Source of the DNA: Vitrella brassicaformis CCMP3155 | Taxonomy: Eukaryota > Protista > Chromerida | Direction of reading: 5' to 3' | DNA length: 64,000 nt | Assembly (NCBI GenBank): GCA_001179505.1 | Contig: CDMY01000393.1 | Span: forward strand, 24,592 to 88,591 | Shown here: one piece after another, positions 52,852 through 64,000 of the stretch | Position numbering within the stretch: the first letter of the stretch is position 1 | How the letters are laid out: every line of letters begins with the position of its first letter | Notes under the pieces: generated by a model | Databases searched by the model: none | What the model was told of the DNA's origin: nothing | What the model saw: the letters and a program-made list of their open reading frames with translations, nothing else | Program-made: the position numbers and the translations under genes

Positions 52852-55800
52852 TCACATCTCACCGCCGCCTTCGCCAATGCCGATTCCCCCGTTGCTGTCC
52901 TGGTACAGCTGGTTGTGCTGCTGGTGGTGGCCGTGGGGGACGTCGGGCAGCACGTAGGACGTGCTGGTGCGGAATTGGCCCTTGAGGAAGGACGCAAAGA
53001 GGATCAACAGGGCAAACAGCATGCAGGCGAACAGCGACGCCCACAGCACCTTGTCAGCACGACGGTCCGGCTGCCGCTGCTGGATCTGGTTTTGGTGTTG
53101 GTGGGCCACACTGCCGCCTCCGCCCTTGCCATCGCCCGCCACGCCCCGCCGCTGATGCAGACCGCCCCCTCCAGAATCGCCCACCATCTGCGGATGGGCC
53201 GCGAAGTGGATGCCGTAATCGTTGGTGCTGGTGGTGGAGATGGAAGAGGTGGTGAGGTGGCGGGGAAGGTCCATCGTGTAGGAATGGGTGTATGAGGATC
53301 CGGGGTGGTGCATGTGGGGTCGCGGGGGCGAGGCCTGCCAGTGCATCTTCTGCTGCTGCTGCTGCTGCTGCTGGGGATGGTTGTCCTGGTTGTAGTGCGG
53401 GTGCTGCTGCTGCATGGTTTGGTGTTTGTGAGAGTGATCGGGATAGATGGGGAATCCTGGCGGCGGGGTGACCACCATGAAGTCGCCGTGTGGAGGGCGG
53501 GATCGACCACCCGAGCCCTGGTGGCTCTCCAACGCCTGCACACAAGAGACAGACACAAAGATAAGGAGTGAGATCATCTATCTTGTCTGGTCGGCGTGTC
53601 GTGCGTGTACCTGTTGAATCGGGATGTCAGGTTGGTTGGTGGTTTTGAAGGCCCACATGCAGTCAGACAGCTCCGAAGGGCGGAACTCCGGCAAACGCAA
53701 CGATATCATCTGCATCAACCACACAGACATACATCTCCACCACCCGCCATATCATTTCATGGATGCGCCTCTCCAGCCATCTGACCTTAGCCAGGTCATC
53801 GAACAAGGCCTTCTCGTATGGTTTGATCTGCCGCTCCGTCGCCTTGTCCGTCGACTCCACAGTGGTCGAGGTAGACCCACTTGCTGTGCCAAACAACCAC
53901 TTGCCACCCTCCCCACCGCTCCCCTTCTCGGCCATCTCCCTGGCGGCGGCCACACGGCGCCACGACAGGAGGTGGTACTCGTCCTCAGTGGCCTCCTCGC
54001 GCATGGGGTCGCTGAGTGTGGATGAGGCGGTGCTGTCTGAGGCCTGGATGGGCCGGGGGAGCTGCTGCCGGGCGCCGTGGTCGGTCGAGTAGCGCATGGC
54101 GAAGGCCAGGCAAATGTGCGTCAGCTGCTGGGGCGAATAGGAACTGACACATGAAAGGAAAGATTGGCCACAGGGGAGACCCGGTGGGGTGAGTGTGGGT
54201 GTGAGTGTGAGTGTGGTGTGTGCTCACTGGAGTCGGTTGACGATGTATTCTGCAACGCTTCGGAACAACTTCTCATACTCACACCTACATGCACCCATGA
54301 TGAAAGATGAAGACACAAGAGACAGACATCAACTGACTGTGTGGTGTGGGCCACTCACTCACACACGGACCCACTCACTCACTTGGCGACTGCGAAGGCC
54401 AGGATCAGGTTAGCGATTCCGCGGGGGTTGAAGTCCTCCAACTTGACTATCGCCTTGTCGGCCACTTGTCTGCAGACAACACACATGATGCATATATGTG
54501 TCGGGTGCGTGTCTGGCTGTCTGTCTGTCTGTCTGTCTGGATGGATGGATGGACGGCATACTTGAACAGCGGGCTGTTGCCGGGGCCGCCTCCGAGGGCG
54601 AAGGAATAGATCAACATCGACAGATTCACCGCACGGAACTGGTGCAGGCTGATGGGATGGGATGGGAGGGATGGGTAGGTGAGATGGCACAGAGACACCA
54701 CGAGGGGAGAATGGGCATGGCATCTGTCTGTGTGGNNNNNNNNNNNNNNNNNNNNNNNNNNNNNNNNNNNNNNNNNNNNNNNNNNNNNNNNNNNNNNNNN
54801 NNNNNNNNNNNNNNNNNNNNNNNNNNNNNNNNNNNNNNNNNNNNNNNNNNNNNNNNNNNNNNNNNNNNNNNNNNNNNNNNNNNNNNNNNNNNNNNNNNNN
54901 NNNNNNNNNNNNNNNNNNNNNNNNNNNNNNNNNNNNNNNNNNNNNNNNNNNNNNNNNNNNNNNNNNNNNNNNNNNNNNNNNNNNNNNNNNNNNNNNNNNN
55001 NNNNNNNNNNNNNNNNNNNNNNNNNNNNNNNNNNNTGCTTACCGTCTCATGGCAGATTCTGCGACAGCGTTGAGCACGTCTCCGTTGTTCATGGATGCCT
55101 TGGAGTAGGCCCACAACGTATTCGACAACTGCTGGGGCTGCACGATACAAGACAAGGAGCAAGTAATTAATGGCGAGTGTCATTGTGTTGTGTGTCTTGC
55201 CTCGAAGTCATCCGCCCGTTCCATGACCACGCGGATGCTCGACCTGAACAGACCCTGGGCAGGGTACGCAGTCTGACACACACGCACACACACACACACA
55301 CACACAGACAGACACATGTGCGACAGAGAATGGAGCCCTGCTCCCTTTCATTGTTTGTGTGTGACCGCCTCCGACCTTGGCGAACGCCCAGAGTGTCATG
55401 GACAAGTTGAGCGGCTCGAACTCCTCCAAACGGCGCAGCACCTCATCCATCACACAACTGACCACACAAAACGGCCAGCCACACCAACACATACACACAG
55501 GACGGGCCTGCTCGCTACTCCCCCTCCCTCTCTCTTGCCCCATGCGATGCGCGAGTCACTGACTTGAAGATCTGGGGTTCGTTGCATCCGAGTTTGGCGA
55601 TTGACCACACGAGGTTGGAGAGCTCCTGTGGCTTGAGTGGTATGAGGATGAGCGCGGCCAGGAAGGTGTCGCTCTCGAGCTCCTTGATGGGGCTGCCGGG
55701 CCCCTGGGGCTCGTCCTTGCCCTCCTTGACCAGCCGGCTCACCACCAACAACTTCTGCACACGCTCAACCAAACGCCGGAATCGACGGTCCTACGAATCG

Positions 55801-56400
55801 AATGCACACACACCGACAGACACACGCGCACAAGAAACCTCCTTCCTGTGTGAGTGAGCTGCGGGCCGTGTTCTGTTCTGTTCTCGTCTTTTGTGGCTGG
55901 GCTGGCAAGGCAGACCTTCTTGACATTGAGCTGCCGCATCTGAGGGGTCCGGGTGGCGACACTGATAAGAGGACAGACACGGCGAGGCAAGGCACGTATG
56001 TTGGCACTTGGTGTAGTTGGTGACGGTGATGATGTGATGTCCGCCTGCCAGGCAGGCTGGCTGCGCACCGGTGCATGGCGGTGACCATGTTGACCGTGTT
56101 GAATTCCATCAGGTGGGCGTCCACTATCCGCAACGTCGCCTCAGTCGTCGTGGAACGACACAACATACTGAATGAACGCCGCCACACACACAGAGATGCA
56201 GGGGGGGAGAGAAGATAATCCGGTGAAATCACCTCCCTGTAGGTCTTTTCTTTGTTTCCTCCCTTAGCTGTGTGGACAAACGAACCGATTGTATTGGTAG
56301 TGTTGTTCGGTGGTTCCCCTGTTGAAGTCCACCCCGCTCCTCTCCACCCCGTTGCCCCGCCGGGCAGCACGGTCGCTGCCGCTGCGGCCGCCGGCATCCT
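52852..56400 (-). CDS. Helical-repeat (HPR/OPR/FASTK-like) RNA-binding-type protein with a Q/H-rich tail and C-terminal TM helix; 5' end uncertain
   Basis: Repeats include FNTVNMVTAMHR, LKPQELSNLVWSIAKLG, FEPLNLSMTLWAFAK, PQQLSNTLWAYSK, FRAVNLSMLIYSFA, FNPRGIANLILAFA, YSPQQLTHICLAFA and FRPSELSDCMWAF. The last exon contains VLWASLFACMLFALLILFASFL. Confidence 0.7.
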
Positions 56401-57388
56401 CTACACAGCAACGAAACAACGGCGATGACGCCGCACTGTTGCTATGGTTATGACTGCTCCCTGCAAGTGCATCCAGCCACACGTGACCCCGGGCATCAGA
56501 CAGTGCACATCTGCAAGTTCCGGTTGTTTTGATCTCCTTTTGTCTGTTGGGCCCACGGGATGTGTTGGTATCACGTCTGAGGGGCGGCCAGTCCTCACAA
56601 TCATCATCCACACGTCGCTGCATTACTGGATCTGACACACAGCCAGAGCCCCCACGCACAGAAAGCCCCATTTTCCGTCGGGTCTCGCACGGTTTCGTCC
56701 GTCAGTCCATCGCAGGGCCCGCTCACCTGGTCAGAATGGTGCACATGCGCGCATTGGGTTGCGCGTTGCAATGGCCGCGAGGGCGCTGGGCTTCAAAAGG
56801 ACACGCAGACCGGCTGGCAGAGGTGAAGATGTGGCTACGATGAATGGGCTGGCTCGGGAAGACGGAGAAGTACGATGGTGAGGAATGCACCTGAAGATTG
56901 TCTCAACCCCCCCAAGCTCGCAGTTTGAATGGGAAGGGATTGCAGGGCTGGCCTTGCATGTGTTGTTGTTGTGTATTTGGATCGTGGGTGTGCCATGAAT
57001 CTGTGCCACAGACACCACACCCTGTTACGGTTGTTCATAGCTGAGACATGATCGAAGGAAGGCGTTGTGAGTCAAGAAATGCCACACACACGCTCTTACA
57101 CACACCACACACACACGCGCACAGCGGGGGGTGGAAAGGTCGGCGAGTGAATGGCTCGAGTACTCGCTGGCACTGCATATAACTCATGGTATTATGTGTC
57201 TGGATAGTCTTCACGACATGACAGACAGACGTCATTTCACCCCACGCACACGAGACGGCTTACATCTGCCACAACGGACCGATTAATTGCACAGCTGGGC
57301 ACACACTTATAAAGACACCAACACAGACGGCTCTCGAGATCTGAGCACAATGCCGTCTGTTCCATGAGCCTGTCGCTATATCGGTCAG

Positions 57389-60300
57389 TTAGTCCCAGTC
57401 CTCATCTGGCCGCTCAACGATCACGCTCTTGGCCTTCCGCGGAGCACCGAGCTGACACACATGTAGAGAGAGAGACAGAAAGACAGACAGAACCCACACC
57501 GTTCAACGTGTGTCTTGTGGTCCCTCCGCTCCTTTCGCACCTCGTGTCGGACGATTCTCTCTGTGGCTTCACGATCCACCACGAGCCGGTACTGATGCTC
57601 ATCCTGCAGCCGTCCCACACACAGACAGACAGCAACAACAAAAACTACCTGTTTCTTCTACTTCTTATAGCTATGGCTGACCACTTGTTCGTCGTCGACG
57701 TCGTCCACTAGGTGGGCGTCGGCCCCCTCAAAGCCGCCCAGATCAGTCAGCTCGGCGCCAGCCATCGCCTCCTCGGCCTCTGTCTCAGCGCGCATCTGCT
57801 TGTGCAGCTCTGCCATCCCTGCAACCACAGTACATCCATCCATCCCATGAATCCATGTCCCCTGCAGTGTGTGTTGTGGGTGTTGTGGGTGTTGTGGGTG
57901 TTGACGTACGCTCTTTGTCGTTTTTGAGTAGTTCCTTGTAGGTGTGTTGGTAGGGCGGTACGGGCACGAGGACGAAGTCGATGGGCACGGTGGAGGTGGG
58001 CAAGATGTATACGGGGATCTTGGAAAACATCTGATGGATGGATGGATGGATGGATGGATGCCGTCGTGTGTGTGATGCGATCTGTCTGATATCTCTGGCT
58101 GGCTGACCTACCCTACCTTGATGATTTGGGTGAATTCCTTCTGTTCTGTTGTTTCCTCTCCTCCATCCGCTGCTGCTGCAGCTGCTGGTGGTGGTGACGG
58201 TGGCCGTGCACCAAGAGCCAGCTCGGGCAGCTCCCACTCAGCCTCAACCTACACACACACACACGCCCCAGAGTGTGTTTGCCCATGCATACAGCCCACG
58301 CAGCGCCCCACCCTGTGTTTGTTGATGAGCTTGTACTTCTTGGGGAACACCGGCACGTTCTGCAAAGAGTGAGTACCCCACCCCATCCCATACCCACCAC
58401 AACAGGCACAGCACATGGCGCAATGGGGTGGATGAAATGGATGGCCTCTCTGACCTTGAATTTCTCGTATATGTTTGAGGCCTGCATGGACGCCTCGGTC
58501 GAGGTGTCGTAGCACAGTCGCTGACCCACACACATGACATGACAGATGACAGACGACACATGACACATGTGTGGTGCAGACAGACGTGAGCCACCCTGGT
58601 CAATTGGCTGGTTGATATGTACCTTTTCCTTGCCGAGCTGTGGCACGTAGCACACGACCGACTTGTCCTGGATCAGCATCACTGTGGCTGAGAGGACAGG
58701 ACAACACGCACACACACACAGGCGAGTGAATAAAGGCATACGAGTGAGTGGATGGAGCATCGTGTGCGATGCGCACCGAGTGAGGTGCATGGCACATCCA
58801 GCCCCCGCAGCCATATGCAGAAGAAAGCCTGCAGACAGACAGACAGAGGTCAATCGAATCGATGCAGAAGACAGAGCACAGGAAGGATCGATCCACGTTG
58901 TCTGGATTACTGTTACTTGGGTGTACCCTACCCTGTCGCAGTCTTCCTGCGCCTTCTTGGACTGCAGCTTCTTCTCATTGCACAAATCACACTGCTTCTG
59001 CAACTCATTCTGAATGAATGACCAACCCACACACGAAGGACCATCCATCCATTCATCCATCCACCAGACGGACAAACAAACAAGGACCCTTTTATCCCAC
59101 CCCACACCACCAACCTGATCGAAGTCCAGCCCCGCCGCCACAGGGTCCACTCCCGGCGCCAGGCTCGTCGAGAACTTGACCGTGTACGCCGCTCCCTTCT
59201 TGTCACCACCAGCCAGGGCGGGGATACTCGCCGCCTTGGCTGCCTCGTTGGCTTCATTCCCCTCCTCCGTCTTGGTCTTCTTGGTGTCGCTGAGTGTGGC
59301 CAGGCCGGCCTCCACTGCCAGGGTGGCCGTGAGGAGCCGGTGGACCATCACGTCGGCATAGCGCCTGTAGGGGGGGAGGGAAGGGGGGGAAAAATGGGGG
59401 TGGTGGTGTGGTGCGTTGTGTCGTCGGCGGTACCGACCGAATTGGTGAGGTAAAGTGTGTGTAGAGGGGGAAGTGGAGGGCATAGTGGTGGGGGGACTTG
59501 CCCGTGCCTGATGTGATTGATGTGTGTGGCCAGCCACATCGATATATTAGCATCATGTGATTGATGCATCTCCTCTCCTCCCTTGTTTGTGCCTGCCTGC
59601 CTGCCTGTCTGTTGTGTGTGTGCGTGCAGCTCACCGTAAGTGAAGTACTCGGCGGGCTTCATCGGCTTCATCAGCAGCACCTCCACCGCCTGATGACCGA
59701 CCGATCGGACACACACATACACATGAGCAGCGCAAGGCGCGCGCGCCTCACATCAGTCTGTCAGCAGCAGCCCTACCGACTAACTGACCTGTGAGACGAA
59801 GTATCCGAACTTGAGCCAGACTTTCTTGATGGTCCTGTACACGCCCCCCGCACTGCCGAAGTCAGCTGTGATGCCCAAGCCGCTGACATGACACAGACGC
59901 CACACACATACGTCCCCACACGGTGCGGTGTGTATATACATATTATTTCTCCCTCCCCGCCTGTGTGTGCGTGTGTGTGGTCGTGTCATCCATCACAGGT
60001 GCCGGCTCACTTACTCTAGGAAGGCCTTCAGCTGCAGCAGCTGTCTCGAGAGAGGCCACGGGTGCCGCCGCAACACACCGCACTCTGACAGACAGAGAGT
60101 GAGACAGAGAGACAGAAAGGATTGTGTTGGTGTGGCTTGCCGCCCGCCCATCCACCCGCCGGCATACCTACCTCTGAGAGGGCTTTCGACCAGTTTCTCG
60201 GCCACGACGGTGTTGGCCAGCAGCATCAGCTCCTCAATCAGCTCGTGAGATGACGAATGCTGCACTCAACGGATGCAGCCAGGCAGGCAGAGAGACAGGC

Positions 60301-63300
60301 CACAGAGGGGAGGGAGACCGTGTGTGTGCCATGTATGTGCTTTATGTGTATGTGTTGACTGGCTGGGCTGGGCGGGTGGCTTACGCTTTCCACGTCGTAG
60401 CTGGTGGGCACTTTGGTGTCGTAGTCGACGGTGAAGCGGATCTTGGTCTTGTTGAGGGCCAGGGAGCCATCCTGACAAGATAGATCCATGACACACACAC
60501 ACACACACACATACAGCCATACATCCCAACCATATAAGGTGCCTTGGTTTGACGTGGCCTACCTTGAACCGTCTCTTGCGAATCTTCTGTGTGAGGTCCT
60601 CCAGCACACGCAGGTCGACACAGCACGCCTCGAAGGAGTGGCCTGCATTGCATGCCAATTAAATGATTGGTTCCATCCACATTTATGAGGTGTGTGTGCC
60701 CTCTGACCAACCGTTGTACACTTCAGGTTTCGGCTCCAGTTCGTTGCCGTCGAGGATGACCTGCACCTGGTCGTAGTTCCAGCGGCAGCAGCTGCGGATC
60801 ACCTGCAGTGCATTGCACCACATTGGTCGGACAGGATAGATAGCTACGAGACGGTGGTGGGTTAATCCATCCCTCCACACCATACGTGGGTGGCATGGTG
60901 GTAGTTATGTTACCGATTTGAAGAATTTGGGCTTGAACGACTCCACCCTTGTGCCGTCCTCGTGCAGCCTGAAGATGGCCGTGTACGTCAGCTTCTCCTC
61001 TCGGGGGTTCAAACTGACCAAATGCAATCAACGCACAGACACACATACACACCGGTGGGCGTTGGGTTGGGTGATGGTTTCAAGCCCAGCCAGAGCACAG
61101 ACCAGACCTGCAGAGGTCACTGCAGAGCTCCCGCGGCAGCATGTGGTATGCCCGGTGCGTCAGATAGCTGCAATGCACACACAACCACCATCCCTGTGTG
61201 TGGTGTGTGTGTGCTAGGTGGTCACTGACACAGTGGTGCATCTCCAGGCGGCCTCGGAGTCGATCTTGTGTCCCTTCCACACAAAGTGGCTGACGTCGGC
61301 GATGTGCACCCCGATCTCGAACTGAGGTGGGCTGGTCGAATCTACACACACAATGTAATGTGCACATTGCATCGGACACACACATACGTGTAAATGCGTG
61401 TGGCATTTGTCTGTCTGTCTCGCCCTCCTCTCTCTGTCTTCACCGACCGTCTCTGACGATGTGTATGGCGTCGTCGAGGTCGCGGGCGGTCGCTGGGTCG
61501 ATCGTCATGATGCGCGCCTCTGCATACAAACACACACCGACAGACACGCATGGCCTGGCCGTGTGTAGGGGTGTGTGCGCAGTGGACTGTGTCGCCCGGC
61601 CCGCTGGGTCACGTCACTGACCTCTGAGATCGACACGCCGATTGACTTCCGCCTCTGCGCGCAGGCCATCCATAGGGAGATTTATGCACTGCACCATCCC
61701 TCTCTCTGTGTGTGCCCCACCCACCGCACCGTGTGTGGCTTTGGCCCACTCCAGCACCCGTTTCGTCTCCTCGGCAACCTCGTCGCTGAACTCGTCCATG
61801 TGGTCCTCGAGCTCGGCCTCCATCATGCACAACTGACACACCACAATAGACACACACACACACACACAACGACACCGTCGCTGCGTCTGTCCCGTGAAGC
61901 GTAGCGTACCCGTGCTTCGGTCTCGATTTCGCCGGCGTTGCCAATGGGTCCGCCGACGATTCGCCCCTTTGGTAAAGGGGCGTTTTCCTCCCACTTGTCG
62001 ATTTGCACGGGCCAGAGGAGGGTGCCGACGATCTTGCCGGGGACCTGCAGCCACTGGCGGACCTCCGGCGCCTGCTGGATCTCCTTGATCGGCAGCAGCA
62101 TCCAGGGAACCCTCTTGTCTGGTGGGTGGACCACGTGGAGTGGAAGAGATAGACACGTACGAATGGATGTGATGTGATGTGATGTGATTGATGTGCACAG
62201 GTCTGTCTGTCTGTGTTTGTGTGTCTGCTTGTGAGAGTGTTGCCTCTTGGCTCTGTGGCCTGGCCTGCCTACCCATGGGGACGGCCTTGATCATCTTGTC
62301 GTCCAAAGTGATCTCATCGTCGGGCGGCGACGGTTCAGCCGAGTCCTGGATGAAGAATGCATACCAACATCAATTCGTTGTCCATGCACAGACAGAGACG
62401 GCCGGGCCCAGTACGTAGGCCCCACCCACCGTCCCACCGGCTCACTCACCCCTTGTTTCTTCATGCGGTTGGCCTTTAGTGTCGCCACGTATACACGATT
62501 CGTGCCTGTAACACCGGAGAGACCAACAGGCATCGTGACACGCATCCCTCTCCGGCCATCTCATCTCGTTGTCTTCTCTCTCACCGGACAAGTCCTCAAT
62601 GTAGACGACCTTGCCCGTCGGATGCAGCTCCCCGCCCGAGTCATTCTCATCAGCCGCACTCGAGGGCTCCCGTGAGGGCACTTGTGGGGAGGGCACGTCC
62701 ACTCCCGCCTGAGCGGCGCTGGCGAGGGTCTCCTCGACCGTTTTGTACTTGTCGCTCACACGCACCCACTTGGACCGATCGTACAGCTGATGATGACATG
62801 GCACAGACAGGTGAAGCCAAGCAGCGATACAGACAGACAGAGAGAATGAGATGAGTGGATGGGGCTTAGGCTAGGCGCGGAGGCTGGTCTGGTGTGGTGT
62901 CTTCACCTACCTCGATGTACACGATGTCGCCATTCACCGCCCGGTTGCGGTCGCTGCGGCCTGAGAGAAGAGAACCAGGGAGGAAGGGAGGGATGGATGG
63001 AAGAAAGAAAGATGCATATGGCCGGCCCATGAGAGGGGGATGTCTAGGTTTAGATGCCTGCCTGCCTACTGACTGACCTTTGATGAAGATGTCTGGCAGG
63101 TCGGGGTCCTCGTCCGCATGGACGTACGCATCATCGCTCTTGCCAGCATTCACGCGCAACGCACCCTGAAAGCATCCCATCCATCCCACACCACCACACA
63201 CACTATGAATGCACCACCGATCCCATCCCAGGAATTTCGTCCTCGTTTCCGCCTGACCCTCTTGAGTTTGCCCGCGAGCAGCGCCGCTAGAGCGTCCTCC

Positions 63301-63647
63301 TGACTCCAGTAAGGCTCATACGGGTTCTTCCTCCCGCAGCCCTGCTGCTGCCTCCTTTCATCCCCATGACTTCCCTGACCCCTCCCCTGACCGAATCCCC
63401 TCCCCCGGCCGCCTCGGCCGCTCCCATAGTCGTCCCACGCTGCTTGATACTGCTCGAATGACGGCTGGTTGAAGGCCTGCTGCTGCTGGATGTGTGGGTA
63501 GCCTGGGTAGTTGCGCGGCGGGGAGGCGTTGGGCGCTATGCCGCGGCCTCTCGAGTAGGGCTGAGGAGTCCCGGGGCGACGCGGGCCTCCGTGAGGCGGG
63601 TACATGGATTGTCGCTGGAAATATCGATACTCCCAGGCAAGATGCAC
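57389..63647 (-). CDS. DIS3L2: DIS3-like exonuclease 2 (RNB-family 3'-5' exoribonuclease without a PIN domain)
   Basis: Motifs RNRAVNGDIV, TIDPATARDLDDAI, FEIGVHIADVSHFV, LIEELMLLAN and [28 protein letters not shown]. The N-terminus has YEPYWSQEDA and an RGG-rich disordered region, with no PIN domain. Confidence 0.88.
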
Positions 63648-64000
63648 CTGACGCTGGACTCAGATCTGCCAGGAATATCAACGCCACAGAAAGATCGGCA
63701 TGCGAGCTAAGCTCGCAGATGAAAAGCCAAAGCCTTGTTCACTACCTCCTGAACGATCGCGCTGCAACCCCCCCTCGCATTTCACACCGCACTCCCTCCA
63801 ACCAACGCTCAGAGAAGTAAGGCCTACCTACCAACCTTTCCCTCTCTCCCGGTGTTGAAGTGCTATCGCGTTCTCCTCTGATCCTCTCCGCGCTAAGCTC
63901 ATTGTTGAGGAGGACTTTCGAGACCCTCAGCTGAAAGGACCGACCGAAACCCCATCCCACTCTACCAGGTGTGCGCCATTGTCGCTCTCTACATCAGGTG

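Noticed and set aside
57389-63647. Link between DIS3L2 (prefers uridylated RNA) and poly(U)-tailed chromerid plastid transcripts
   Set aside because: The N-terminus has no signal or transit peptide, so it looks like the ordinary cytosolic enzyme.

Overview
This is intron-rich, GC-rich eukaryotic nuclear DNA, not prokaryotic. Short (about 60-130 nt) spliceosomal introns full of microsatellites, a bipartite plastid presequence and a typical lineage-specific F-box-like gene family point to a photosynthetic alveolate. The most likely source is the chromerid Vitrella brassicaformis (inference). I hand-spliced about 18 protein-coding genes: an OTU-like protein, F-box/LRR, a two-motif LAGLIDADG-fold protein, PLAC8, two hypotheticals, an F-box-like family member, dihydroxy-acid dehydratase, plastid FtsH, an OFCC1 homologue, a conserved unknown protein, a coiled-coil protein, Timeless, a ricin-B lectin, a small secreted protein, an HPR/OPR-type helical-repeat protein and DIS3L2. 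There are six 300-N placeholder gaps. The top candidate for novelty is a nuclear, intron-containing LAGLIDADG homing-endonuclease-like gene whose two catalytic acidic residues are lost and which may be organelle-targeted, suggesting domestication. Also notable are an OTU domain with its catalytic-Cys core deleted in frame, several GC donors plus one candidate GA donor, a 7-nt microexon, and an HPR protein ending in a transmembrane helix. All exon structures are manual predictions with no transcript data. Family assignments come from motif recognition, not database searches.
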